From positions 24,056,001 to 24,120,000 of the forward strand of contig JBHGNT010000004.1 of assembly GCA_043228905.1 (NCBI GenBank): a DNA stretch of 64,000 nucleotides. Direction: 5' to 3'. The notes under the pieces were generated by a model. The model made no database searches, was not told the origin of the DNA, and saw only the letters and a list, made by a program, of their open reading frames with translations. The DNA comes from Azolla caroliniana (lineage: Eukaryota > Plantae > Polypodiophyta). The translations under genes and the position numbers were made by a program. Shown one piece after another: positions 48,301 through 62,514 of this stretch; the first letter of the stretch is position 1, and every line of letters begins with the position of its first letter.

Positions 48301-51300
48301 GTGGAAAGATTATAGCACTAAAGTTTTTTCCTCTTAGCAAATCCCATCGCCAATAGGAGTGCATTGAGAGATTATTTTAGCACATTACAGACGAATATAG
48401 ACTTGATTCTAGCTTTACCATATAGGAAGGTATACTTTATGCTACATTTGAGTTCCATAAGAAACCTCTTGATAGGCACTGTCCTTCACTGCTAGGTCAT
48501 GTAGATAAGCTGTGAAATCTAAAAGTGAAGGATGTGGAGTCTAATTCCAGTTCTCTTCGAGTCAGCACAACAATATGATTGAAACTCTTGTTTATTAACA
48601 CATCTGGAATATTTTATACTACCTGAAAGAGAGACTAATAATCATCCTGGAAGGCAAGATATCTGTACTTCTGAATGTCTCTTTAGAAAAAGGAAACCAC
48701 AAATTTAATAAGTATCTTGTTTTGTTGCAGTAAATATCTCCCATTTACAATAAGGTTAATCATGTATTTCATGTAAGGAAATCACACTTAATGTGCCGTT
48801 TCTATAATATGGAATCCTTATGATTACTGACACACTCGAAATATTGTTCTTTAGGAGGAGTTATGTCTGTTTCATTCTCAAGAATTGATAATTTCATTGA
48901 AGAGGATACACCACTTAATCTCAGAGTCCCGCCCTTTCTAGTTGCTACAAAGACAGGACATATAATATTCCTTAATGCGGTCACATTTGAGGAGCAACCA
49001 GGAACTCAAACATTGAAAGTAATAGATTCTGCGAAAGATTCTGGTTTTCCTGCATTGCCACAGATTACATGTGTATATGTATATGCATAATGATGTTTAA
49101 GGTTTCACCTCACATTGAGCTTCCCCCTACTATGTCACTTGTATTACTAATAAAGTGTTTGCTTGTGCTCACACATACACTCTTTTCTTAAGTAACACCT
49201 TTTGGAAAACATACAAGGAAACCATAGAGGAACCTCTTGTACATGATGTAGACGCATGTACGTCCATGACAAGAAGATTTCTCTTTCCTTTTGAACTTAG
49301 TACTCCAAGTAATTAACATGTATTTTTAAACGTGCAGGGAAAAGAGATGATAGATTATGTACCAAAGGGGATTTGCAGTGTGGCAGCACATCCTTGTTTA
49401 CCACAATTTGCAGTCATAAATGTTGATGGATGTCTTCAGGTTGTTTTCCAGTTCAAAAAATAGATTATTGTTTTTAATTCCTCCATGATCATAGACTATC
49501 TCATAATAAACAAATAGACAAGCAGAAAGATAAATAAAATTTAAATGCAAAAGACATGCAATCAAGTAAATGGTGTGCTCATCATAATAGGCTACACTGT
49601 AGGATGCCAGAAGCCATGAATATTCTATTCCCATCTTGGAAATCTTTCTGCTTGTGCATAATGACATTGAGGTTATGACTTGTCTAGATGTGGCATTCCA
49701 TAATTTTTTCATAACTGGGCAATCATATTTCAATCAGGATGTGAATGTTAATTTTATTGTATCATGAAAACAGGTTTGTGACTGCAATGTGCGCAGGATT
49801 TCTACACAACGTGAATTTTCCAAGCTCAAAGTAAGTGTGTTTGATGATAATTTTGCATGTAAACTGATGACTATCCTATTTTAAAAGCCAAAAAAATTTA
49901 TATATACATTCTCTTGTGTATTATTCATGTTGGTTTTAAGAACTCAACTTTATCGTTATTCTTAGAGATGCACACAGATAAACAAATGAAGTCTCACAGT
50001 GGGAAGTACCCTCAAGAAATGTTGTTGAGCATATTCTATATTTATCATGATACCTGGGGCCTTCTACCTTTGAACAGCTAGTGTACACCTATTCTTTTTA
50101 GGTGGATAAGGTCAGCTGAGATTGTTCACTCCTCTTGGGAATTTGGGCATGGATCAAGGCTGATATTGGTGTGGGTCCTTCCATTGCGTCAGGTAGCCAT
50201 ACATGCGGTGGAAATTGCGCAGACTTAGCTATCGGGCCTAAGAAGAGTAAAAGAGCCACGCTATTAGCAAGAATGGCATCGGCACTACGAGTATCGATCA
50301 ATTTGACAAATTGTTGACATAGTTCACAAATTTCAATTGATTCTGGTTCGTAGTTGGGATGCAGGGATAGAGTTATTTCTTCCTCGAAGAACTGTATGAA
50401 CGATTAGGCCACTGCAATTTCCACACACAGACATGCGGATTCAGCATGAAGGGTGGACAATTTATCCCCTAGTTAAGTTATGAACATGCAAGGGCAAAAA
50501 ACACCTGTATGTCGGATGTGCGACCAATTAACTGTCCCAATTTGTAGAGAGCGACCTTTTGAGGGAGAGGATGAGACTCACAGATCCAGTTAGGCTGAAA
50601 ACTCTCGGATTTCTTCTGCACAGGCATCACTGGGGGACACATTTATTGGTGTACATGCAACCATCCTTGCCAAAGTATAGTGGTGGCTCATTGGAGGAAC
50701 ACCATATAAGGCATTTTCTCTTTGTCATGGAGGCTTCCAATACGAATCTGGAACAATTCCCTGATTTGCACATCTTCACAAGATCAATTTTATAATCATA
50801 CAAATCTCTTTGTCATGGAGGTTGCGAATATGAACCTGGATCACGTTTCTGATTTGTATGTCTTCACAAAATCGAAGTTAAAATCATACAGCATGACAGA
50901 CGCCTTCCTCATCCCATTGAGCTTTCCATATTGGATTAGACCATCATGAATATCTTCAAGGAACAATTTTAGCTCCAGCTATCAGGCACCTAACCTGAGG
51001 TGTTCATCACTCATGGTAACAGATCTTCAAAGTATTTAGTTCTAGGCAGCGAGAATAGAAACACAATTTCTTTTGTTAATTGCCTTGACGAGTTAAGGTA
51101 AACATTTATTATCTTTGTTAAATCTCGTAGGGCATTATGGTCTTTTAGAGTAAACCCTGTGCTTAATGATATTTAAATAGCAATATGCGTTAGTTTCTAA
51201 TTGATCTAATGGTGTATCGTTTTCCCAACTTTATTAAAAATCTTACCATTCAGTTTTATCCCTCTGCAATCTGTGTATTATTGTTATGGTTATTTCTTCC

Positions 51301-54300
51301 TTTTAGAGTTTCAGATTCTGTGGAATAGTGAACCGACAAATTGACTTCTATTTTATCTTTCAGGCAGAAGTTATAGTCTACTCTCCTTCAGGATCAGTTA
51401 TAGCATGTGGTTTTGCAAATGGTCTCTTGAAGGTCAGTAAACCCAGTTTTTATTCATAACTTACTGTTATAAAGCCAAATGTTTTATTCAATGTGGCACT
51501 TGGCTATGAAGTTTGCAGATAGTTGAGTCAGATGTACTTCATGACATAGAAAGTATTGCAGTTTCTAGAACAAGAATTATCAAGGTAAGGCATCTCTCCA
51601 TCCCTCATGATATTAATAAAACACAATAGGCAAAAATACCTCTGTCATTACACTCCGTATTTGCTGATGTGTTTGGAAACTAGATGAAGGTAAATAGAAA
51701 CATTAACTCCTCAAAGAGTTTAATTTTCAGAGGGGAACCGATGCCATTAGGTCCTATGCATGAGTATGAAAATTTTAAAAATGACCCAAAAGTGAATTTC
51801 TCACTTTCAATTAGGTGAATGGCAACACAAAATGATTTGCTAAATTATAAGTGAAAATATTTGGGAAGTACGTGCACTAGATTTCACCAAATCTGGAGAG
51901 GCAATTGATTCTAGTATGTCTACAAATTATAGTAGACGATTAATGAATGAGGCAGAGCCATGAGAGTAGGCTTATTTTCATCTAAATTTTAACATATGTA
52001 AAAATTATATGATTTGTTTAGATGTGTAATCTGTTTACAATGCTCATACATTTTAATTAAAGAACCTACCTATTAATCTTTTCTGAGTCTCATACCTTTT
52101 AATTAAATCACATTATTGGCTCCATTTGAAGCCAAATTCTTTGTTAATTGACCTAAATAATCATTCTTGGGTAAGAATTTTGTGGTTACTATATTTAGTC
52201 TGCTGCTTTAGATGAATTCCATCTTAAAAGTTGCCAGCATCACTTTGAGGTGCATCTAGAAGAAGCTGATATTCTCACATAACTGGTGGCCCAGTCTATC
52301 TGGAAACGTTTGCCTCCGTATGGCATGAGATTAATTAATGCCATTAGGAGGCACTGGCATATCCTTGAAGCAAGCTTGATAATTCTTTGTTTCGGTGTTG
52401 TATGCCACTTTGGAGTCCAAATGAAATAATGAAAAACATACCGAATGCAATAATGAAAAACATATTTGTATGCCACTTTGTTTACAGAAGATTATGTATT
52501 TAGTATAATGTATCTAAATACGTGTGCAGCTTGTATTTTCAAATGATGAATCATATTTGGCGGTAGCGGACGCAAGTTTTGCTGTATCACTTTTGAGTTG
52601 CACTATCAATAAGGTGATAACCAATTTCTTCTAAATATCAGTTGTTGCGTCTGAATATAGCAGGTTATAACTGTTACATAGTTGTTGCTACTAACTTCTG
52701 TTGGGTATTTTCTGACTTTATACACGTTCCTTGCGAACCAGGAACACATTGAAGACAAATGGAAATATATTGGAAAATTCCGATCACATGCAAAACCCAT
52801 AATCGGGCTTCATTTTACCAACGATAGAGATGGGTGTAATCGACTCTTTAGTGTTGGACATGTATAGCTTTTCAAGCCTCTCAAGCTCATTAAATCATGA
52901 ATTCCATCCAAACTCTTTCTGTCTCTCAAGCTCATAAAAATATGGATTCCAGTCCCAACTCATTTTATTTTTAAATAGTTTGTGATGCCAGAGCACTACA
53001 TATCTTAATAATTGCTTGATCAAAGGGCTAATGAATAGAATCAATCCATCTTTTCAGGATTGTATGATTGTGGAATATGATCTACTGAATTCCACAGAGG
53101 AGAAAGCAATAAAATTGAAGGGGACCTGGCCTCTTAACACATCTGGAGTACCAACAGCAATGATTTCCATAAATGGTTTCAGAGGAGAGGTATATTGCTG
53201 ATTGACAATAGCCATTGAAATAATCTTGCAATCATATGTTTCGGAACCTGCACTTTCTCATTCTGTCTGAATCAACTAGTATCTTTCCTTTTTTGGCGAA
53301 CTGTGATTACACTTATTAATGGTGTTTTATTACAAATATTTACTACTGGAAATCTCAAAATTAGGATGGAAACTGATGGAAAGTAAGTACAATATTGAGA
53401 TCTAGATATTCATATAATATTGTCAGCCATACTCTAAAGGTTCTCATGCCTGGAAAGTACGAGTTGTGTTTCATATAATGGAACCCATGTGAAAAGCCCC
53501 AACCACTGTTGGTTCTCATATTCCAATACCTTTTATAGTGAGCCAAAGCCTTGCTTAAAGAGGCAATGGTATCTCCCTCTTATTTCATAGAAAACACTGT
53601 AGTGACAAACATAGTGTTCTTCAGATTCCACTCCTCAATGACACAATTGGAAAATTATTTCTAGAGGTATTCATGCATATCTGCCTACCTCAATCTCTAA
53701 CTGATGGTCTTTGAAATATTTGAAATATTTAAATTTATAAATGCTTCCTGGGGACATTCTTGTCTTTTCTTCGATTGGTCTTTGGAGATATTGTTTGCAG
53801 GTATGGTCCCCTGCAATGATTTAATATGCACAGCTCTTCTCAACCCTCAGATACGATAGTTTTAGCACTTGTACAGACACTTGTTTTGTATATAAGAATC
53901 AGGCTGATATTTTCTTGGTACACTAAGATTTAAAAAGTTTTCTACACATTACTTTCTTTTACGATACTACACATTTATTGATGAGAAAATGTGGATAGAT
54001 TAATATTCTAAGTGAGGCTTTGTTTTACTTGCAGCTTTATGTCCTAATATCAGATTCTGACTTTAAAATCAGAGTTTATGATACTGAAACGTTTGCTTGC
54101 CATAAGACATTTTTGGGTCCAACATTTGGAACTCCAATAAAATCAATGCATCGGATCTTTTCAAAAGATTGCTCAAAGGTTTATTTTAAAACACTGTAGG
54201 AAGTTCAAAGTATAATATTATGCCTGGTCCAATCATAATACTTAATATGTGCTACATTTGAGTTATTTGATATATGCTTTTAGGACTATCTAGCTTTTTC

Positions 54301-57300
54301 AACGGAAGATCAAATTGTAGGAATCATGGTTTTGCAACTAGCAAGGAACAAGAATATACGATATCTTGGTGTCATTGGCCATGCAGGTTCTATCAAGGAC
54401 ATAACATTATCTCATCATCACACATTCTTGCTAACAGTAGGTGTTCGTGATAGGTAAGTATTTATGAAAGTCTATTTAATTGAATCTTGATATTTTTTAT
54501 AGAGTGATTTTGTATGTAATATTCCAAGAGGTTCAAATCCATCCCTAAAGAGGCAGTGGAAGTGTCCTCAGGTCTGGTAGCATGCCGTGCAGCAACATAT
54601 GTAGTCTGCTTAGACATTGCCTCTGTATGCCAAGCCAACATACCCTCTCTGGTCAGGATGTACACTTATATACCTAGATGTCTCTATCTCAAGCCGATGT
54701 GATGAGTTATGAATCTGTCCAATGGTGAACTCAATCCACAAAACAGATGAATATATTTATATATTCATGGCATAGTTTAAATCCATCCATAGTTATGTGG
54801 AGAAGTTTCTCAAAAGAAGGCCAGTTTGAAGCATATCCTCTTAGTCTCTAACTAAATGAGATATTTCCTAGGACTTTGCTAAATCTATGAGTGATTGAAT
54901 GTGAGAGATGGTTCATCAAGGAGTATTGGAAGGATGTTTGGAGCCTCTACGTCCAGCCATGGGAACCCTTATAATCTCGTTGGGTGTGGATGTGTTAGCC
55001 TGAATCATTGTAGAGATCATGGATATAATAGGTCTCTCCATTGATCTCCTCCCATCAGGGCGTTTCCAAAGCTGCAATAACGATCCAAAGTAGGCCCCCC
55101 ATGCAGATAGTCACATCTTGGTTTACATACCCCATCAAGTTTCGAGCCTGTGCAGCACCTCTCAATGGGATGCTAGGTCTGATGACCGCTACATCAAGAT
55201 AATATATGAATCTTCATAATCCACTCTCTCCTTTCTATACAAGATATCAGGCATGCACCCCCTCATCCATTGTGATGTCATATTAAACATCACAATATTG
55301 GTTTTCGAAGGCTTGGTTCTTTACCTACCATATGAACATGGGCTTGTATAATATCTCCTACTTTTTGCGTTTGCTAAGTAATCTAGATACTGATAGGGTT
55401 TAGGGTTAACAAGTTAACACAAGGATTCTGCAAATTGAGTTACCATGGACATTCTTACTGAAAATGATACTAAAAAGAGATTTCTTCTGTAATAGTTTAG
55501 AGCTCTAAAATTTAATGTCTTTTTTTGTTAATCTAAATTGGTGGCTGGGCCTTGTTTCTTAATCACAGTCTAAATTTGTGGCGAATAAGCTTGCCATTGT
55601 TAGAAAAGCACTTTGCCAACGAAGTTGATCCTATTCTTACACACTTCTCTGGGGCCTATGGTGCAAGCAGTCTCCAATTACTGAAGCAATGGTTTTTTAC
55701 TTCCCAGATATGTTCCCAGGTACTCAAAATTTGTTCCAATTAATTTTCTTCTGAAAGCAATTAAAGTAAGGTTTTTTTCTTTGGAAATTAATTAGATGCA
55801 TCTTCAACAAATAATAAAATGATTAATTGTGATTACAAAATTCATTTACAGGGTGTAGATTTTCCAGATGAAAGAATTCTAGATAGTTCTTTGAAAATAG
55901 ATCAGGTGCAGAACCTGCTATGTGCTCTTGGAATCTTTCCATCCATCAGTGAAATGAAAGAGATTCTTATGGAGATCAGGTTTGATAGACTTTTCCTTGA
56001 AGTAGCGACAGATAAGCAAGTTCTGTTTCATTATATTTTTAGAACTCATCTCTTTTTACTTCGTATTAACACTCCATGTTGCCTCATTGGTATGGGAGAT
56101 TGAATGAAATTAAATTGCACAACATCGATTATGAAAGTGTTAGTCTCCCTATCCAAGAGCACATATATCTATATGGGATTCCATTTGTCACTTCATTTGT
56201 CTCTCCATGTTTCGACACATATATTATGCTCAATCCATCAAGGAAAACTGAAGAAAGGAGAGAAGGTAGGAAGTGAGATCATATTGATATCTACAAAGAT
56301 ATATGAGAACCCAATAATAAAATATCATCGTTGCAACATATGTCATAGATTCATTACTGTGAGAGTTGTCTAAATCTCCTGAAAAATTTGTGCATTATAC
56401 AAATAACCTTCATTATGAAAGGTTCAACTTAGTGCCAATGTCAAGAAGCTTCAGTTATCGTTGAATGCATTACGGCAGCAACACTAACACATGAACTTTT
56501 TCAGCCATACTTTGGAATTCCATTGGCTACGAAGAGACTCTATTTATGTTCCTTCAATAGTACTTGATTGTGTGTGTTGTTCAGAGGCCTCAAATATTTA
56601 AATTCTTTGATGATATATTTTCTTTGGAATTCATTTTAGCTGTATTATGTTGTACAGATCTTCGGGTGAAAGGATAAGTTTCAAGGATTTCTTAGCAGTC
56701 TTCATCAACTATAGACCTGTCATGGATCTTGATGCATCTCTTATACAACATGCTTTCAGCGTTAGTATATGAAAGATTGGAGTGCTGTTTTACTTTAAGC
56801 ATGTAAAATATTAAGTCTTTGTATGGAAAACTACATTACCTGCTGTGTACATACAGGCTCTTGGTTCAGATCCAAGGACAGGACGGTTGAAGTTAGAGCA
56901 GTTACTACATATTCTACAAACAGAAGGTGAACAAATGACCAGGTATGACCTATCCTTCTAAGTTTGGGCTAGTAGTTAAAACCATTTTAGGAAAAAAGGA
57001 TTGTTTATCAAACATGGCTTGCAGTTCAGGTGGATATTTGAGCATTTTTAGGTTGGAGTGAAGATGGACATTAAACATTTTTAGCTTGGATTGAAGCTGG
57101 ATATTATAGCTATGTAGCATAAGACAATAAATTGAGAATATAAAGTTTTCAAAAAAAATTCTACCAAGGATAACCCCTAGGTAGAATGAAGAAGAAAAAG
57201 AAGATGATGCTTCCCTTGCCATGCTTGTGTGAAGGGTTTTTTTTAATGCGAGGCTTTCAATTGGACCAACACATTTGCAATCTTTTAGGCTAAACGACTT

Positions 57301-57798
57301 ATTTGGCTTCATGGGAGATTGATTCATCTTCTTAAACGACTTATTTGGTTTCATCTGAGACTGATTCATATTCTTAAACTTTCTTTTTCAAAGGTATGTG
57401 TGCACTACGTTCCTCAAGTATGAGAGCACCAAGCCTTAGTAATCACAGCATGTGTAGCACAAAAGAGATTCACGTGTATCTTACTGAACCACTTATTTGG
57501 CTTCATGTGAGAATGATTCATCTTCTTAAACTTTCTTTTTCAAAGGTATGTTTGCACTAGTTGCTTCAAGTATGCGAGCACCAAGCTTATTAATAAAAGT
57601 ATGTGTAGCATGAAAGAGATTGTATTGATTGTATCTTGTCTGTTTCATTAGCTTTCTTCAATTGATAGAATGAAGTTTTTTTTTTCTTGTAGGGATGAAA
57701 TACAACAGTGTTTCAATACAATCATGCGTGTGAAAGTAGAAGCTCTTCCAACAGAAGTAAACGCAGCATGGTTTTCCAACGAGTTAATGAATCTATAA
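39335..57798 (+). CDS. CFAP251: Cilia- and flagella-associated protein 251 (WDR66), WD40 repeats plus C-terminal EF-hand-like region, ~23 exons
   Basis: Exons include 39335-39355, 39498-39635 (LEWVFG), 40126-40251 (FLQGH..ASADCG..LIVW), 43827-43920, 44818-44912, 46809-46892, 47354-47592 ([11 protein letters not shown]), 52742-52861 ([10 protein letters not shown]), 54035-54178 ([12 protein letters not shown]), 55852-56015 (ALGIFPS), 56658-56760 (FINYRP), 56857-56942 (GEQMT) and 57693-57798. Motifs match WDR66 from memory; some middle exon borders are approximate. Confidence 0.88.
42330..43440 (+). mobile_element. Intronic 5'-truncated non-LTR retrotransposon (same family as 37960-39080)
   Basis: ORF 42471-43112 [16 protein letters not shown]...[17 protein letters not shown]; (TTTC)n tail; two extra 3'-end fragments at about 42030-42320. 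Confidence 0.8.
45095..45860 (+). mobile_element. Second intronic copy of the same non-LTR element
   Basis: Colinear with about 42660-43430; another short minus-strand fragment at about 53450-53705. Confidence 0.8.
50141..50340 (-). pseudogene. ndhF: Nuclear plastid DNA insertion (NUPT), ndhF fragment, within a CFAP251 intron
   Basis: [36 protein letters not shown] is the NdhF signature (FPLHVW, PTPISA), unlike mitochondrial Nad5 (IGLHTW, PTPVSA). Confidence 0.88.
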
Positions 57799-58899
57799 GC
57801 ATGCTGTTGCATCAATCATGTTCTGGGGCAGAAAAAATGATGTATCAATAATGATATAACAGAATTCAAGAGAAAACATTGTTACTGGTAAATTTAGGCC
57901 TCTCAATGACACTGTTCTCTAGCTGTTAGAATGCTGCAAACCTCCTGATGGCTCCTTACTTGTAAATACGACATCGAGCTTCAGTTTTTTCAGTTTCACA
58001 TTGACATCGAGCTTCTCCTCGCATTGTGACTAGAATCTTTATAGCAAATCCCTATATCTTTCTTCTTGACTTTGTACCAATTTGATGTCTTTGTATGTGA
58101 CCATTAATTTTCATCCATTTTTGGGCAAAATCCAATGCCCGGCTATTGTATGGCTCTTATTTGACTAGGTGGTGGTCAAAATTCTAGGAAAATCACAATG
58201 ACCGGCTACCATGAGCAAGGAAGGATTCTTGGTGTTGGCCATGATAGATAGGGTTGGTTTGGAAATCCTACTCAACAACTACAATTGAGGACAACTATGC
58301 ACCTTTCATTAGAATATTTGCCTTTCATTTTTGTTAGGTAACAATGCATTGTTTACAGATTGTTTAGATCAGTTTGTGAAACGTGTGCTGGCATCGAAGT
58401 ATGCAATTAAATTTGTTTCCTACACCATATTTCAAATTTTAACTTTAGGCTCTCTATTGATGATGCGACTAATAATAGCTTAAATATGTAATGATGCAAG
58501 CGAGGGTTTTTTTTTCCAAAAAAGCAAGAGAGGGGTTTTTTGTTTTATGTTCGAGTGTTTGTAATAATTTTGGAAAATCTAGTTCAACATGATAGTAATG
58601 TTTTCAGGAATATTTAGAAATTTACACTTTTTTGTATATTTAGATCTTAGACCTCCACCAAAAGTCTCTCATTTCCATAGTAGATACTCAAGTTCTTGTT
58701 TTCATACGTAAACCCATCTCCAAAATGTGTTAGCATATACACAAATATGCTATATGTAAAGATCCATCAGCCCTAGAACCTTCATTCCCAATGCACTCAG
58801 GGAAGAATAATTCTCCAATGCACTTGGGTAACAAAATGACACGAGAAGATGTTAACAACAATACAACTCTTTGATTAATGATGAGGATAAGAGGGATAA

Positions 58900-60200
58900 A
58901 ATGTTGGATGTGATTTTGGTGTTGTAAACATGGTAACAAATTAACAAATAACTAAGAATAGACTAGATAGTACTTGATGTTAGATAACCTTGTTATATTA
59001 TGATGTCTCTTGGTTGGGTGGATAACACTAGGTTGATATGAAACTAATTAACGTTCCAATGTTCTACTTCAAGTGGAACAAGTAGAGGCAAAGTCAATAC
59101 TACACGAGTTCAAAGTAAAAAAAAGCTCCTAGTATGGATGAGCACACTATATATTTGAGGGCTTTAGTGGAAAATGTTGATAGATCTCATAACGTCCCAA
59201 CATTCCAATGTATCAAGCTCGGGGTTACATGAAAGAAACAAAAACATGAACAACACATCAACTTGATAATCACATATGCTCAAAGGATTCGTTGCGGGTC
59301 AGGTAATGTGATTTTGGCTTTGAAGCCAGCCTTTCATAGATTGATTTGGAAGCAACAACACATATTCTAGGTATGTGGATCACTTCACATATGAACCATT
59401 GGAAGATTGATCTATATTTCCATTCTAATACATCTCCAAAGTGCTCAAGTTGTTCCATATGGATGGAGCCAAGCCTCTTAATAAACCATTTTTAGTGTAC
59501 TTGAGACTAGGCAAGGAGGATTGCTTGAAAATTTGAAAACATCATGGAACAAATGTAGATTATTCTATATTCATTTGCAGTCTGAATCTATACCATGGTG
59601 GGCAATAGACATGAGTTGTTAATGGTGGCATGTCTAACCTTGGTGACAAGCATTCAAAGGTGGTAAAGACAATGATATGATGCTTGAGTGGATTAGACAC
59701 TAAGGCTTGTGCCTTGGAGTGGGTGAAGCAATTGTCGTTGAATTTCAGATTTTGACTCCACTGGATTTGTGCAAAGATGTCAAGACATGTGTATGTTTTC
59801 CTGTTGACAAGTAGAGCCATATCATTAAGGTCATGGCTTTAGAGTTGCACAATTGTTTCAGTGATAAGATCAGAACATGTTATAGCCATGATAATGTGCA
59901 AAGAAGTACTGTGGCTTTCTCATTTGACATTTGATGTTAGAGCAATCCGTTGAAGTCTAACTCTCCTTAGTTACAAAAATAGTGTAGTCACAAATTCAGA
60001 ATGGCTAGAAACTTGATATTTTACACAAAGATGAAGCACATTGAAGTGTGCCACCGCTTCATTTGAGATTGCAAACGTTGAAAAACTAAATAAGTATGTA
60101 CAACATACAATCTAATTGTTGATACACTTAATTAGGTCCAACCTGTGGCTCACTTCTTGCACTATAGTGAATTGGTGTAGATGTCTAAACTTTTTTCTCT
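58900..60200 (+). mobile_element. Highly decayed Ty1/copia RT-RNase H remnant
   Basis: DLEATTHILGM near 59344 (copia DLG.A..ILGM) and MKHIEVCHRFI near 60030 (KHI.VR.HFI). Confidence 0.6.
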
Positions 60201-61379
60201 CTAATATCGCTATCATGCCCATTCAATGGGAGATTGGAAATGCACATTGTAGTATCTACTTTTGTACAAGTAAGAGGTAATGACAAAGGTCAAGACAAAG
60301 GTTACCTATACATTTAACTTTATGATGCTACTAAGGGTTAGTGAATCAAGATGGTACTTTGTCATGAAAATAATTGCAGTAGCTTAGGTAGTGGTGTAAC
60401 TTCATGTTTTGTTTATACAAATACATTTACATATTACTACTTGAAAGAAGACTCTCCCAATAGTAATGAAGAAGTATTGATGGTAGCTCACATATAGCAC
60501 CATCACCAATGAGACATAACCATTAAGGTAAATATGAAGGAGAAAGTATCTAGGATAGCTTTCAATGCATAAAAATCCTAAAGTATCCAATTATGATTGA
60601 TGTAACCTTGGGTTGAGGCACAAAACCATTACTTAGATAATATATTAGAAATCTTGAAGCACACTCATGACATTCATTCATGTTGCATGGAGAATCCAAC
60701 ATTATCATTTTTTCTATGCTAGTAAAAGAAGAAATACAAAATGATTCATCCACGTTATCAATTAAATGTCATGATTTTAAGGGTGACCAATCATTGCACT
60801 TAGTTAAAATTAAGTAGATACATAACAACTCTTTGACAACATCTATAAACTAGAAGGGAAGAAATTTGCCATGCTAGTCCATCGTGATCTCTAGAAAAAT
60901 TAAACAGAAATGCATTTGAAATGCAATGATGCATAAACCAAATGATACATGATGTTAATACAGGTTCAAAGATATAAATTGTTATGATATATCCATGTAA
61001 TGAAGCTATGAAGAGTGAGAATAAAAAACATAGTTTGCAACACTTATAACAAAAAATGCAACCCATTTACCAAGTGTCCATGTCCAAGCGAAGAGTTAAG
61101 AAGTATGTCCATCAAAAACTATCAAGAAGCTAGAACCTAATCCTTATTTGGTGAAATAAAAGTGGTTAACTTTATTTGAAACACACGGAAAACCTTCATT
61201 TCGATAATGATTTGTTTTGGACATTCCTTTTATGAATTTGCTAATTGGCCAATGGAAATTATTGTAGAAGATATTGTTCTTATGGACATGCAACTTGCAA
61301 GTATTTCCATTCTCACTCCCTTGTGACTTGTAGAAGGAAAAAGTACATGTTGAGGGTTGTTTTTGAAGATGCCTGTTGG

Positions 61380-61622
61380 AAGGCCGTTGAATCCCATCAT
61401 TAGTTAACATCATTTATCAATGTTGCCTTTCACAATATTATGATGCCAACCCTTGGGTTTCCATGTGGAAAGTGAATTTCTACAACTGTTTTTGTAAGGG
61501 AAGGCCGTTGAATCCCATCATTAGTTAACATCATTTATCAATGTTGCCTTTCACAATATTATGATGCCAACCCTTGGGTTTCCATGTGGAAAGTGAATTT
61601 CTACAACTATTTTTGTAAGGGA
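61380..61622. repeat. 121-bp tandem duplication
   Basis: AGGCCGTTGAATCCC... at 61381 and 61502, nearly identical. Confidence 0.9.
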
Positions 61623-62514
61623 AGATAATTAAAATTTAAAAATGAGATGAAATCTTATTATGAATGCAATACAAGTTGCGACTTGTTCAAACTTTGACCC
61701 TCTCTTGAACATATATTTTTGGCATGTAATATTTGGTTTAATTGTTGTATCACTATTGTTCAATCTCCTTGAGCTTGGCCTTGAACACTAATTTCTAGTA
61801 GGTAATGTTTTACTTAATTGTTAGATAGCAAACGAAATCTTGTGCCTATTAATGTCAGTCTTAATAAATAAGTACAGATAACAAGCTAATTGTGTTTGTT
61901 GTGCGATTGTTGTGTATCAAAACATGTATTCTGATATGATTAGTGTGCATGAACTTAAGGTTCTCGATATGATTGAATAATGTTATTTAGAGTTATTCCA
62001 AGTTTTCGATCCCTAATTCTTAGCATAGCTTCTACATCTCAATTCAACTGATAAATCTTTAGATTGTGGCATTCTATCAATAAATTGGGAAAACCTGTAC
62101 GTATTTCAATTCTAATAAGATCTGTTTTGCATTTAATATATATATATAAGCCCAATCTCTACCAAATGTTGTGAAAAGTTTTAGAATGAATATAACATAA
62201 GACAATTGTTACTCGGAATTTCAACAATTTGGAAACAAGGAAACACAAATAGGAATGGGAACAAGAATGGACGATGCTCAAAATTTCAAATAATAGATAT
62301 AGTGTCCCCTTCCATAAGGATCATTATAGAACATCATAATAGGAGAATGTTACATGAAAACTAACTTATAAGCAAAAACATGTTTAGTCATTCTATAACA
62401 ATATTTTGTCACACAATATATCTTTCATTTTTGGATTGCTAGTACCTTGATTGTTTCTTTGTCTCTTTCTAGCTTATGGTGGTGAGAAATTATTCTTGAA
62501 ATTGAGGAGCATGC

